A stretch of DNA of 64,000 nt from an uncultured candidate division Zixibacteria bacterium (GTDB taxonomy: Bacteria > Zixibacteria > MSB-5A5 > RBG-16-43-9). This document shows, piece after piece, positions 13,287 through 22,731 of this stretch. Under the pieces are notes generated by a model. It saw only the letters and a program-made list of their open reading frames with translations. It was not told where the DNA came from and searched no databases. The translations under genes and the position numbers were made by a program. Each line of letters starts with the position of its first letter. Position 1 is the stretch's first letter. Where the stretch lies: positions 1,312,001-1,376,000 of the forward strand of contig OY970208.1 in assembly GCA_963713865.1 (NCBI GenBank). Reading direction: 5' to 3'.

Positions 13287-13310
13287 AAAAGAAAAATTAA
13301 TATTCTGAAA

Positions 13311-13347
13311 TGCCCGGTTCGCTTGAGGTGGACCGGGCGTTTTTTTA
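13311..13347 (+). terminator. Rho-independent terminator
   Basis: TGCCCGGTTC...GGACCGGGCG followed by T-run. Confidence 0.75.
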
Positions 13348-13746
13348 TTTTGGTTTTATCGGAGTGTCCGATCCCGCTATAGCGCGATGTCAGATTTTTT
13401 TGTTTCGTAGCGCAACCTTAAGGGTGCTTAAGCTTAATATAATACCCGCTTCTACCTGGGTTACACGCTTATCAATCGTTGGGTGAATTACATTTATCCA
13501 TTTTATTTCCTCCGGTTTCATTCTGATAATGTCCTTTCCTGCCATAATATCCTCCTCTACGAGGAGCTAAGCCTCCGTAGGACCGTAAGAGATTTATCGG
13601 CTTTAATAAAAGAGATTATGGTAATCTTAAAATGGGACATTTCTACTTTGCTAAAACAGGATATTATTATATGGCGATGACAGTATTTTCTCTAAAATAA
13701 AAAGGGGCATCCATAAGGATGCCCCTTTGACAATATCTTTCTTAAT

Positions 13747-15738
13747 TTAGCATCCCGGCTCAGGTCCACCTTTAAATAGATAATTTATCAGGTAGATCAC
13801 ATCTGAGACAGTAACCTTGCTGTCGCAGTTAGCATCTCCAGACTCAACCGGAACAGGCTCTACACCGCCTTTAAACAGATAATTAATTAGATATATTACA
13901 TCCGATACACTCAATTTTTCGTCGTTATTCGCATCACCAACAATATAATCTCCATGTATCCCCACAATGGTAAAATCATCAATATTCCAACCGCCTAAGT
14001 GGAGATATTCGTCAGAATCGAGTTCAAAACGAATCTGAACCGAAGGATTTTTATCCGCATAAGCCGAGATATCTATATCCTGATATTCCCACTGGTAATC
14101 CATCTGGTCAAAATTATAGTCATTTTCCCAGACCTGATTTCCATTCACAAATATTTTGGCATGGTCCCAGATTCCCTTTTCACAGGATAGCCAGCGGTAA
14201 TATAGCAAGCGAGTCTTCTCTAGGTTGACACAATTAATCATCGGAGAATTAAGATAATTGTCAGCAGTATCCACATAACTTCCGTTTAGATTATTACCCC
14301 AGATATTAGCTCCAGAATGAGCCGTTTCCGGATCAGGTAACCCTGCTCCTCCAGGAACTCCTCTTTGCCAATCGCTTCTATTCTCGAAAAATCCCGTTGT
14401 CCAGCCGCGGTCTATCTCCATATCGTCGAAAAAGACCGTATCAAACTCACCAATGAAATCAAATAAGCTGTCACTGAAACTACCCTGATCGCAGGCTATA
14501 TTCAGACTAAAATTCACCCTGGTTCCAGCCTCAACTGAAGGGTCAATAGCCAAGGTGAAATGAGGAGAATCAGTGTTTTTTATCTGATTAGATGGTATAT
14601 CCGGAAAAGTTGCTGTGGCGTCAGTTATAGTGATTCCAGGAGTAGATGTGGACAGAGTGGCACTAACCGAGGTAGCTGTTTGTGGACCGCTGTTCTTTAA
14701 ATTAACCGAAAGCGAAATGGTCTCACCTGGTTCTGGTATTTCATCTCCATCCCCTGTTACTTCTGAAACCTGATGGTTTTCATAAGTCAGCGTAACCGGG
14801 TCAGGAGGGTAAAGGGGTAGAACCGTGTTATCACCTATGCCGCAATTCCCCCACTTAATGTAAAAATAACCTCCTAATCCACCCCAGGTAGAACCCCAGC
14901 TATTTTTACATATCCAGGCACCCTGACCGGTCCCGCAAGAATTATCATCCCACCCCACGATGACTATGGCATGTCCACCCCGATAGTAACCTGAGGTATG
15001 CTGATAACATCCAGTAGAATAATCGCTGAAATCTGAATAAACATCAAAAGTGCTATAAACTGGACCGGTTAGTAATGCTTGTTTAATTGAATTGATATCG
15101 TTGTTCACATATTGCCACCCTTTTAGCTTTGCTACAACCGGGTATAGCTCTTGGGTGCAGGATACATTATCATCTGCCTGATAGGGCATAGAGGATTCCA
15201 GTATCGCCCCGTATCTTTGAAAAAGCTCATATGCTGTTTCAGCCCAGGCACCACCACATCCTTCGTCAGTATAAATATTGCAGGATAAGACCTGCTGTTC
15301 AGAAAGGTCATACTCTATATGGTCATACTTCTTGACAGCAGCTTCAAAAGCGCCGGTAGCACCAAAATCCCAGCAGCTTCCACAATTTCCCTGGTTTTTA
15401 ACCGGGGTCATAATACTTGAATCTCTCCAGTCAAAACGGGATGGGAAATCCGCTCCTGGTTTTGCCCTGAGCTTGGGCTGTTTTTCCAGCCACTCCTTAT
15501 AGCCTCTTGGTGGCTTATAACCCAAAAGATGGTCAAACTCTTCATCTGAAAGCTCAGAGGTCCAGCTTCTGCCCGCGGTCCAATTATACCCCTTTTCATC
15601 AATCAATTTCTGAAGCTGTTCTATCTTCAGGTCTATTGAATCAACTGATGTTCCTACCTGAGCCAGAACTATACTCTGCCCTCCTGCAAGAAAAATCACC
15701 CCTAAAACCAGCACGAAAACTTTAAATGATTTAAACAC
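13747..15738 (-). CDS. Secreted C1A (papain-family) cysteine peptidase with C-terminal dockerin-type repeats
   Basis: QGNCGSCW, GHAIVIVGW, KNSWG catalytic motifs; two GDAN.D..SVSDVIYLINYLFKGG-type repeats; GTG start with AGGAGG. Confidence 0.92.
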   Translation of the reverse strand: MFKSFKVFVLVLGVIFLAGGQSIVLAQVGTSVDSIDLKIEQLQKLIDEKGYNWTAGRSWTSELSDEEFDHLLGYKPPRGYKEWLEKQPKLRAKPGADFPSRFDWRDSSIMTPVKNQGNCGSCWDFGATGAFEAAVKKYDHIEYDLSEQQVLSCNIYTDEGCGGAWAETAYELFQRYGAILESSMPYQADDNVSCTQELYPVVAKLKGWQYVNNDINSIKQALLTGPVYSTFDVYSDFSDYSTGCYQHTSGYYRGGHAIVIVGWDDNSCGTGQGAWICKNSWGSTWGGLGGYFYIKWGNCGIGDNTVLPLYPPDPVTLTYENHQVSEVTGDGDEIPEPGETISLSVNLKNSGPQTATSVSATLSTSTPGITITDATATFPDIPSNQIKNTDSPHFTLAIDPSVEAGTRVNFSLNIACDQGSFSDSLFDFIGEFDTVFFDDMEIDRGWTTGFFENRSDWQRGVPGGAGLPDPETAHSGANIWGNNLNGSYVDTADNYLNSPMINCVNLEKTRLLYYRWLSCEKGIWDHAKIFVNGNQVWENDYNFDQMDYQWEYQDIDISAYADKNPSVQIRFELDSDEYLHLGGWNIDDFTIVGIHGDYIVGDANNDEKLSVSDVIYLINYLFKGGVEPVPVESGDANCDSKVTVSDVIYLINYLFKGGPEPGC

Positions 15739-16347
15739 AGAAGTCCTCCTTTAGTTTCTCTGGTTCAAAAAAAGAGGCTTTATAGCCATTTATTAATATA
15801 ATAACACTTTTTCAAAATCTGTCAACACCTATTTTTAACATAAATTGGGGTTCGACGAATTGAGCCCCTGCATCAAAATTCACAGGGGCTTGATTTATCA
15901 AGCCACCTGTTGGAGTGCATTAACCGGGTCGATGCTTAATCCCACCTTGTGGGCAAGGTGGGATTACCGATTGAATAGGAGCAAGTCATGTCCAGAATGA
16001 ATTCATCAGAAGCCACCCTTACTATGTGCAAATAAACAATCAAAGCAGTCACGGGGATCTGCCCCTATGTATAGATGTAAGTTTATAGAAAAATTTTGAA
16101 ACATAAAAGTAAAGAAAAGTCGTATTAAAAAATTAAGATAAATTTGTTTTAAAAAAAAGATTACTAACGGTATTGACAAACGGAAAGTTTTGGTTAAATT
16201 GTGAAGTATGTGTTTTAGAAGGAAATATTCTTAAGTTGTTGATTCAATTCTGCACTTAAAGGGAAAACCTTGATAGATTTCCGCTACATTAAGAATGGTC
16301 TATTCCAATTTGAAAACTTTTCACCTATTTAAAGGAGGTATGGTTTT

Positions 16348-17862
16348 ATGTTTAAAAAGAGGCGTTTTATCACAGGTTTATTTTTTCTACTTCTTCTTTT
16401 TTCTTTGTCCTTTGGCCAAAAGGAAAAACCTCTGGACTCTTTTAAGGCTATAGAAAGCAATATAACGGAGCATACCCTTTCCAACGGACTTAAACTTATA
16501 ATCTTAGAAAGGCATGAGGTGCCGGTTATCTCCTTTTGTACTTATGCCAACGTTGGCTCCAACAATGATGTTACCGGCATAACCGGCATATCCCACATTT
16601 TTGAACATATGGCTTTTAAAGGTAGTAAAACTATTGGCACTAAAGACTATCAAAAAGAGAAAATTGCCATGGCAAAAGAAGATAGCCTTTTTGAAGAGAT
16701 TTTAGAAGAAAGGGATAAAGGGGACAGGGCAGACCAGGAAAGGCTTAAAAAATTGGAGGAGGTATTCACCAATGCTCAGGAAGAGGCAGGAAAGTATGTA
16801 ATAAGTAACCAATTCGATGTAATTGCAGAGGAGGAGGGAGCAGTAGGGACAAACGCTTTTACCAGCGATGACCAGACCTGTTATATTTACAGTTTCCCCT
16901 CGAATAAGCTGGAACTCTGGATGTTGTTAGAATCAGATAGATTTGCCAATCCGGTTTTGAGAGAATTTTATAAAGAGAAAGATGTGATAATGGAAGAGCG
17001 AAGACGGGGGATAGAGAGTAACCCGTTCGGAAAATTATTTGAGGAGTTTACAGCGGCTGCCTTCAAGGCTCATCCTTACCATCACGAAGTTATAGGACAT
17101 ATGTCAGACATACAATCGATATCACGTCACCAGGCTATGGAGTATTACAGAAAATATTATATCCCGAACAATCTCACCATAGGCATTGTAGGGGACGTGA
17201 AACCGCAGGAAGCTATCGCCTTAGCGGAGAAATATTTTGGGGATATTCCTAAAGGGGAATACCCCATACCGGTTAGGACTATAGAACCGGAGCAGTTAGG
17301 TGAGAAAAGGATAGAGGTGGAGGATAAATCCCAGCCGATTTTACTCATCGGTTATCACCGTCCAAACGCAACCCATCCGGACGATCCGGTCTTTAGCGCA
17401 ATTGCTGACTATCTGGGTGGAGGAAGGACTTCACGCCTTTATAAAATTCTGGTTAAAGAGAAGAAAATAGCGGTTCAGGTTGGAGGAATCCCCTCCTACC
17501 CCGGAGAAAAATATCCAAGCCTGGTTGGTTTCTATGCGGTGCCAGCTAAGGACCATACCAATAATGAATGCGAGGACATAATCTACCAGGAAATTGAAAA
17601 AATTAAAACCGATACCATTTTAACTGAGGATTTGAATGCTATTAAAACGCGTGCTAAAGCTGATTTCATAAGGCAGCTAAAATCGAATATGGGGATGGCG
17701 ATTCAGCTTGCTTCTTATCAGGTTATCTCCGGTGACTGGAGAGAGCTATTTAAACAACTGGATCGGATTAATCAGATAACTACCGCAGATATTAAAAGGG
17801 TGGCGAACCAATATCTAAAGAAATCTAACCGGACTGTGGGTGAACTGGTTACAATAAAATGA
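16348..17862 (+). CDS. M16B zinc peptidase, active subunit
   Basis: HIFEH (HxxEH), NAFTS.DQT.Y, KEKDVIMEERR; signal peptide. Confidence 0.93.
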   Translation: MFKKRRFITGLFFLLLLFSLSFGQKEKPLDSFKAIESNITEHTLSNGLKLIILERHEVPVISFCTYANVGSNNDVTGITGISHIFEHMAFKGSKTIGTKDYQKEKIAMAKEDSLFEEILEERDKGDRADQERLKKLEEVFTNAQEEAGKYVISNQFDVIAEEEGAVGTNAFTSDDQTCYIYSFPSNKLELWMLLESDRFANPVLREFYKEKDVIMEERRRGIESNPFGKLFEEFTAAAFKAHPYHHEVIGHMSDIQSISRHQAMEYYRKYYIPNNLTIGIVGDVKPQEAIALAEKYFGDIPKGEYPIPVRTIEPEQLGEKRIEVEDKSQPILLIGYHRPNATHPDDPVFSAIADYLGGGRTSRLYKILVKEKKIAVQVGGIPSYPGEKYPSLVGFYAVPAKDHTNNECEDIIYQEIEKIKTDTILTEDLNAIKTRAKADFIRQLKSNMGMAIQLASYQVISGDWRELFKQLDRINQITTADIKRVANQYLKKSNRTVGELVTIK

Positions 17863-17938
17863 AATATGAAAAATGACGGATGACGAATGTCGAATGACTG
17901 ATTTAAAAAATAAAAATCCTAAAAGAAGGAGAAAAGCG

Positions 17939-20074
17939 ATGCTGAAAACCATCAAAAACTTTAAGTACCTTTTTCTGGTGATAATTCTGGTTTTGTTCCT
18001 CACCTCACCTCTGTGGGCGCAGAAAAGTTATAAGGACCTGAAATATCCTCCCATTGGTGAATTGAAAATTCCCGAGGTGAAAAGAGAAGTTCTTCCCAAC
18101 GGGATGATACTTTTTCTGGCAGAAGACCATCAGCTACCCGTAATTGGAGTTTCCGTTCTGGTTAGAACCGGCTCCATTTATGAACCCGCAGATAAGATTG
18201 GTCTTGCATCTATCACCGGTATGGTTATGCGAACTGGCGGTGCTGGGAAAAGGACTGGAGACCAGATCGACGAGGAGCTGGAAAGGTTAGGGGCAACAGT
18301 GGAGACCTGGATAGGTTTAACCGAAGGAGGTGCCTCGATATCGGTTCTCAAGGAAGATATTGACAAAGGTCTTTCTATTTTAGCTGACATTTTGATGGAT
18401 CCTAAATTTGACCAGGATAAAATCGATCTGGCAAAAATCCAGCACAAAAGCGGGATTGCCCGGAGAAATGATGAAGTAAGCAATATTGCGGATCGAGAAT
18501 TCGATAAACTGATTTATGGAGCCCAGAGCCCCTATGCCCGGACCACTGAATATTATACCATCGACAATATAAAACAAGAGGATTTGGTTGCATTCCACCA
18601 TAAATATTTTCATCCCAATTCGGTGATCTTAGGGGTGTGGGGGGATTTCAAAACTGGCGAGTTGGTTCAGAAGATAAAAAAAGCTTTTGCTAACTGGAAA
18701 CCGGCAAAGGCTGAAGGGATAGAATTTCCCAGGGTTGACTATAAGTATCATCCCTCAGTCAACCTGGTAAAAAAGGATGATGTGAACCAGTCTAATATCT
18801 ATCTGGGACACATCGGCGGCACTATGGATGATCCGGATTATTATGCTTTAACAGTGATGAACTACATTTTTGGCAGAAGTTTTACCTCCCGTCTGGTGAG
18901 AAAGGTTCGTACAGAGGAAGGGCTGGCTTATCAAATCAGCGGATCTTACAATACAAGTTTTGGTTTTCCCGGGACCTTCACCATTTTGTGTCAGACCAAA
19001 TCCCAATCCACAGTTGAAGCCATCAAATATATGATTGAGGAGACTAAAAAGCTCACTCAAGAAGAGGTAACAGATGACGAATTGAAACAAGCCAAAGAAA
19101 ATTATCTTAATTCATTTGTCTTCAGGTTTGACACCAAGGATAAGGTGGTCAATCGTCTGATGACTTATGAGTATTATGGATTCCCCCTGGATTTTCTGCA
19201 GAAGACCAAAGCTCTAATTGAAAAGGTAACTAAAGCAGACGTGTTAAGAGCAGCAAAGAATCATCTCCATCCGAACGACATGGAAATTCTGGCAGTAGGT
19301 AAGAGTCAGGATTTTGATCAGCCCCTTTCAGTTCTGGGTGAAGTAAATACTGTAGATATCACTATACCTGAGGCTTCACCTTTAGCCAAGGAAAAGGCGC
19401 CTGAAGCAACTGAAGCCTCTTTAGCTAAAGGAAAAGAGGTTTTTGAAAAAGTGGTTAGTGCTTGTGGTGGGAGGAAAACTTTTACCACCATAAAAAGCGC
19501 CGTGTTAAAAAATGAAACCAGCATTTCCACACCGCAGGGTGAATTTCAGCTTTCAGTTGTTTCCACTCACATTTTCCCGGATAAGTTAAGGCAGGATATA
19601 ACTATGCCTTTTGGGACTCAAAGCTTGGTCTTTGATGGAGAAAAAGGATGGGTATCCGCTCCACAGGGAACCCAGGACCTGCCTGAATCTCAGATAAAAG
19701 AAACCAAAGCTGACCTTTTCCGTTCTTTTATCAACCTTTTTCAAGCTAAAGATTTAAAAGTTCAATTCCTAGGAGCAGAAGAATATGAAGGAAAGAAATT
19801 AGATGTCATTTTGATCTCAGATCTTTCTGGAAATGAATTAAAGATGTGTGTAGATCAAACGACTTATCTTCCGGTAAAGCAGTCTTATCGCGGTAACGGG
19901 ATGACGGGCCCTGCAACTATGGAGGAGATCTTATCAGATTTTCGGGATGTCTCAGGAGTTAAGCTTCCTTTTCACCAGCTCACCAATGCTGATGGCCAGA
20001 AATTTGCCGAGAGCAAAGTCTTAGAGGTGAATATCAATCCAGAAGTAGATCCAAATCTGTTTATCAAGAAATAA
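17939..20074 (+). CDS. M16B peptidase partner subunit (no HxxEH) with extra C-terminal beta-rich domain
   Basis: LPNGM, SRL..KVR.EEGLAY R/Y motif; start moved to ATG 17939 (SD AGGAG). Confidence 0.88.
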   Translation: MLKTIKNFKYLFLVIILVLFLTSPLWAQKSYKDLKYPPIGELKIPEVKREVLPNGMILFLAEDHQLPVIGVSVLVRTGSIYEPADKIGLASITGMVMRTGGAGKRTGDQIDEELERLGATVETWIGLTEGGASISVLKEDIDKGLSILADILMDPKFDQDKIDLAKIQHKSGIARRNDEVSNIADREFDKLIYGAQSPYARTTEYYTIDNIKQEDLVAFHHKYFHPNSVILGVWGDFKTGELVQKIKKAFANWKPAKAEGIEFPRVDYKYHPSVNLVKKDDVNQSNIYLGHIGGTMDDPDYYALTVMNYIFGRSFTSRLVRKVRTEEGLAYQISGSYNTSFGFPGTFTILCQTKSQSTVEAIKYMIEETKKLTQEEVTDDELKQAKENYLNSFVFRFDTKDKVVNRLMTYEYYGFPLDFLQKTKALIEKVTKADVLRAAKNHLHPNDMEILAVGKSQDFDQPLSVLGEVNTVDITIPEASPLAKEKAPEATEASLAKGKEVFEKVVSACGGRKTFTTIKSAVLKNETSISTPQGEFQLSVVSTHIFPDKLRQDITMPFGTQSLVFDGEKGWVSAPQGTQDLPESQIKETKADLFRSFINLFQAKDLKVQFLGAEEYEGKKLDVILISDLSGNELKMCVDQTTYLPVKQSYRGNGMTGPATMEEILSDFRDVSGVKLPFHQLTNADGQKFAESKVLEVNINPEVDPNLFIKK

Positions 20075-20176
20075 TTTTACGGATTAAGTATTCGGTATTT
20101 AATGGTGTAACTGTAAGCAATATATTTATTGTAGGGACAGAACAGTGTTCTGTCCCTATATTATTCGGAGGTATGC

Positions 20177-20689
20177 ATGAACGTTTTTGAAGCGATTAAA
20201 TGCAGAAGGAGTATTCGCAGTTTTTCAGATAAGCCGATCGAAGAGGAAAAACTATTAAGAGTTCTGGAAGCGGGAAGGTTAGCCCCTTCAGCCAAGAATC
20301 TGCAAGAATGGAAGTTCTTGATTGTGAAGGATAAGGAATTAAAAAAGAAGCTGGTTGTTGCAGCAAATAACCAGCATTTCCTGGCAGAAGCACCAGTGAT
20401 TATTGTGGGATGTGCGACTCTGGTTAATTATGTAATGTCCTGCGGCCAGTATGCTTATCCTATCGATCTGACTATTGCAATGGACCATATGAGTCTCCAG
20501 GCAGTGGAAGAGGGTTTAGGTACCTGCTGGATCGGTTCTTTTAAAGAGGATGAGGTTAAAAATATTCTCCATATTCCTGAGAATATCCGCATAGTTGAGC
20601 TTCTCCCCTTAGGGTATCCCAAGACTATCCCTTCTGCACGCACCAGAAAAAAGTTAGAGGAGATCGTCTGTTACGATAGCTGGAGTTGA
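20177..20689 (+). CDS. Nitroreductase family protein
   Basis: RRSIRSF, APSAKNLQEW, GLGTCWIG. Confidence 0.93.
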   Translation: MNVFEAIKCRRSIRSFSDKPIEEEKLLRVLEAGRLAPSAKNLQEWKFLIVKDKELKKKLVVAANNQHFLAEAPVIIVGCATLVNYVMSCGQYAYPIDLTIAMDHMSLQAVEEGLGTCWIGSFKEDEVKNILHIPENIRIVELLPLGYPKTIPSARTRKKLEEIVCYDSWS

Positions 20690-20796
20690 AGATACTTATC
20701 AACATTGCTTGAGTAGGGATTGTTCCCTGACCATAAAATAGCTTTTCGGATGAGAGTTCAACTCCTATCCGAGCATATTTTGATAAATGGAATTAA

Positions 20797-20944
20797 TGCA
20801 CAAAAAAGTATACTCCTTAAACAATTTTTGTGCAGATAGATTGTTTTAGAATTTTTATTTTGAAGTCAATCCATTATTATCTTCTTATAAAAAAGACACT
20901 TACAAAATATAATCTGATTTATTTATTCGGGCATAAGGTTTGCG
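20797..20944 (+). promoter_or_regulatory. Possible sigma-54 promoter with upstream inverted repeat
   Basis: GGGCATAAGGTTTGC (GG-N10-GC) 20929-20943; TGCACAAAAA (20797) / TTTTTGTGCA (20825) inverted pair. Confidence 0.45.
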
Positions 20945-20971
20945 TTTTTATCATTGATACTATTGTGTTTT

Positions 20972-21070
20972 TGTCATTCTGAGGGAGTTCCCTGCGGGAA
21001 CTACCGAAGAATCTGTCTTAAATTCAAATTAAACAGATTTTTCGTCCTCTTTTAGCGGACTCAAAATGAT
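20972..21070. repeat. TGTCATT..CGAAG(C/T/A)AATC-type long palindromic repeat
   Basis: Related copies near 24195, 28063 and 53679-53750. Confidence 0.7.
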
Positions 21071-21154
21071 ATAACTGCTCACAGATTTTAATTGACTTGA
21101 AAGCTCCTCTGAGTTAGTTTAAAAAGGTGAGTTAACGAAAAAATGGAGGAGAGA

Positions 21155-21949
21155 ATGAAAAAAATTGTTTTAACTACGGTTTTATCTGCGATCTTGTTTT
21201 GTAATTCAGCCTTTTCTCAAAAAGGGGAGCCAAACAAGGTAACACGGATAAAAGACTGGGGGAAGATTCAACCTCGAAAATTAATCGACTGTCCTACAGC
21301 CGGGCTTCTTCCCAGAGGCAGCTTTGATTTCGATATCAAAATCTACCCGGGTGGTGGGGTAATTAATACCATTGATATAGGTTTGATGAACAGGTTTATG
21401 TTAGGTATGTCCTATGGAGGGGGTAAGCTGATCAGCGAGGAGAAACCTGACTGGAATCCCAGGATTGAATTTGCAGCCAAGCTTAGATTGCTTAATGAAA
21501 GTTACTTAATGCCGGCTTTTGTCCTGGGTTACGATGGGCAGGGGATAGGGCTTTATAACGACTCCTTAGAAAGGTATCAATATAAATCCAAAGGTTTTTA
21601 TGGGGTCATAAGTAAGAATTATTTAGTATTCGATTACCCGGTGGGTTTCCATTTCGGCGCAAATTACAGTCTGGAGAATGAGGATAAAGATAAAAATATT
21701 AGCCTGTTTGTGGGTACGGATGTCAGGGTCAATGAAAGTGTAGGAGCGATCCTGGAATATGATCTGGGAACAAACGATGATAATGGAAAAGCTTTAGGTG
21801 AAGGGAAGGGGTATCTGAACTTGGGCCTTCAATGGATTTTTTCTGACCGTCTGTCTTTAGAGCTGGATTTTAGAAACATCTTTCAAAATACCGAGGATGT
21901 CTCTCAGATTGGCAGGGAATTGAGGATAATCTATGTAGAATTTTTCTAA
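21155..21949 (+). CDS. Putative outer-membrane beta-barrel protein (YjbH-like)
   Basis: Signal peptide, LIDCPTAGLL.RG motif, amphipathic strands, terminal Phe. Confidence 0.65.
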   Translation: MKKIVLTTVLSAILFCNSAFSQKGEPNKVTRIKDWGKIQPRKLIDCPTAGLLPRGSFDFDIKIYPGGGVINTIDIGLMNRFMLGMSYGGGKLISEEKPDWNPRIEFAAKLRLLNESYLMPAFVLGYDGQGIGLYNDSLERYQYKSKGFYGVISKNYLVFDYPVGFHFGANYSLENEDKDKNISLFVGTDVRVNESVGAILEYDLGTNDDNGKALGEGKGYLNLGLQWIFSDRLSLELDFRNIFQNTEDVSQIGRELRIIYVEFF

Positions 21950-21952
21950 AAA

Positions 21953-22012
21953 GTCTAAAGTCTACAGGCAATAGTCTAAAGGCTAACAGCGAATAGCTAA
22001 TAGCGAATGATG
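21953..22012. repeat. Degenerate 7-mer tandem array
   Basis: GTCTAAA GTCTACA GGCAATA GTCTAAA GGCTAAC AGCGAAT AGCTAAT AGCGAAT. Confidence 0.75.
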
Positions 22013-22180
22013 AACACATTTCTCACCGCAGATTATAGGAATTAAGCAGATTGAATAACAGAAAGCTTTGATTTTACGTATTAATTTAATAGATAAGTGA
22101 ATTGTTCTTTTAATCTTTTAGGTGTCATCTTGTGTCTAATAGTTGTCGATATGTTTTAGCAAAATTTGGAGGTGAGAAAA

Positions 22181-22708
22181 ATGCGAAATAGATGGGTACT
22201 TCTGGCAATGGTATTAACTATCACCGGGATTTTTGTGATAGGCTGTTATACCATTATGTCTCATCCCGGGGTTAAGGGAGAAGAGGAACAAACTTATTCG
22301 GGCAGTTATTACCGGGAACACTGCACTGACTGCCATCAGGATTATCATCAATATCCCTATGGATATTATTACGGTTACTATCCTGATTATTACTGGGATT
22401 ATCCTCGCTGGGGTCATTACTATGCTTATCCCTGGTGGTGGGACTGGTACTATTCGGGTGATAATGGTGGAGGTGGAGGAGAGGGTACTACGCCGCAGGA
22501 GAAAATAGAAAAGCAGAGAAGGAATTTAGAACCTCCTTATGTTCCAGGATCAAGTATTACTTCTCCAGTTGTAACTGGATCAAAATCCAGCCGGAGCGAA
22601 AACCCTGTTGGAACAATTGAGACTGGCAAGGTTAAAGAAGAACAGCCTCAGCAGAAAGAGGAGAAAAAAGAGCAGAAAGAGGAAAAAATACCTAAGAAGA
22701 AAAGATAA
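22181..22708 (+). CDS. Lipoprotein with CXXCH motif and Tyr/Trp-rich tract
   Basis: Lipobox VIGC; CTDCH; YPYGYYYGYYPDYYWDY...; SD GGAGGTG before ATG 22181. Confidence 0.75.
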   Translation: MRNRWVLLAMVLTITGIFVIGCYTIMSHPGVKGEEEQTYSGSYYREHCTDCHQDYHQYPYGYYYGYYPDYYWDYPRWGHYYAYPWWWDWYYSGDNGGGGGEGTTPQEKIEKQRRNLEPPYVPGSSITSPVVTGSKSSRSENPVGTIETGKVKEEQPQQKEEKKEQKEEKIPKKKR

Positions 22709-22731
22709 AAAACTGGTTTGAGGAGAACCTT

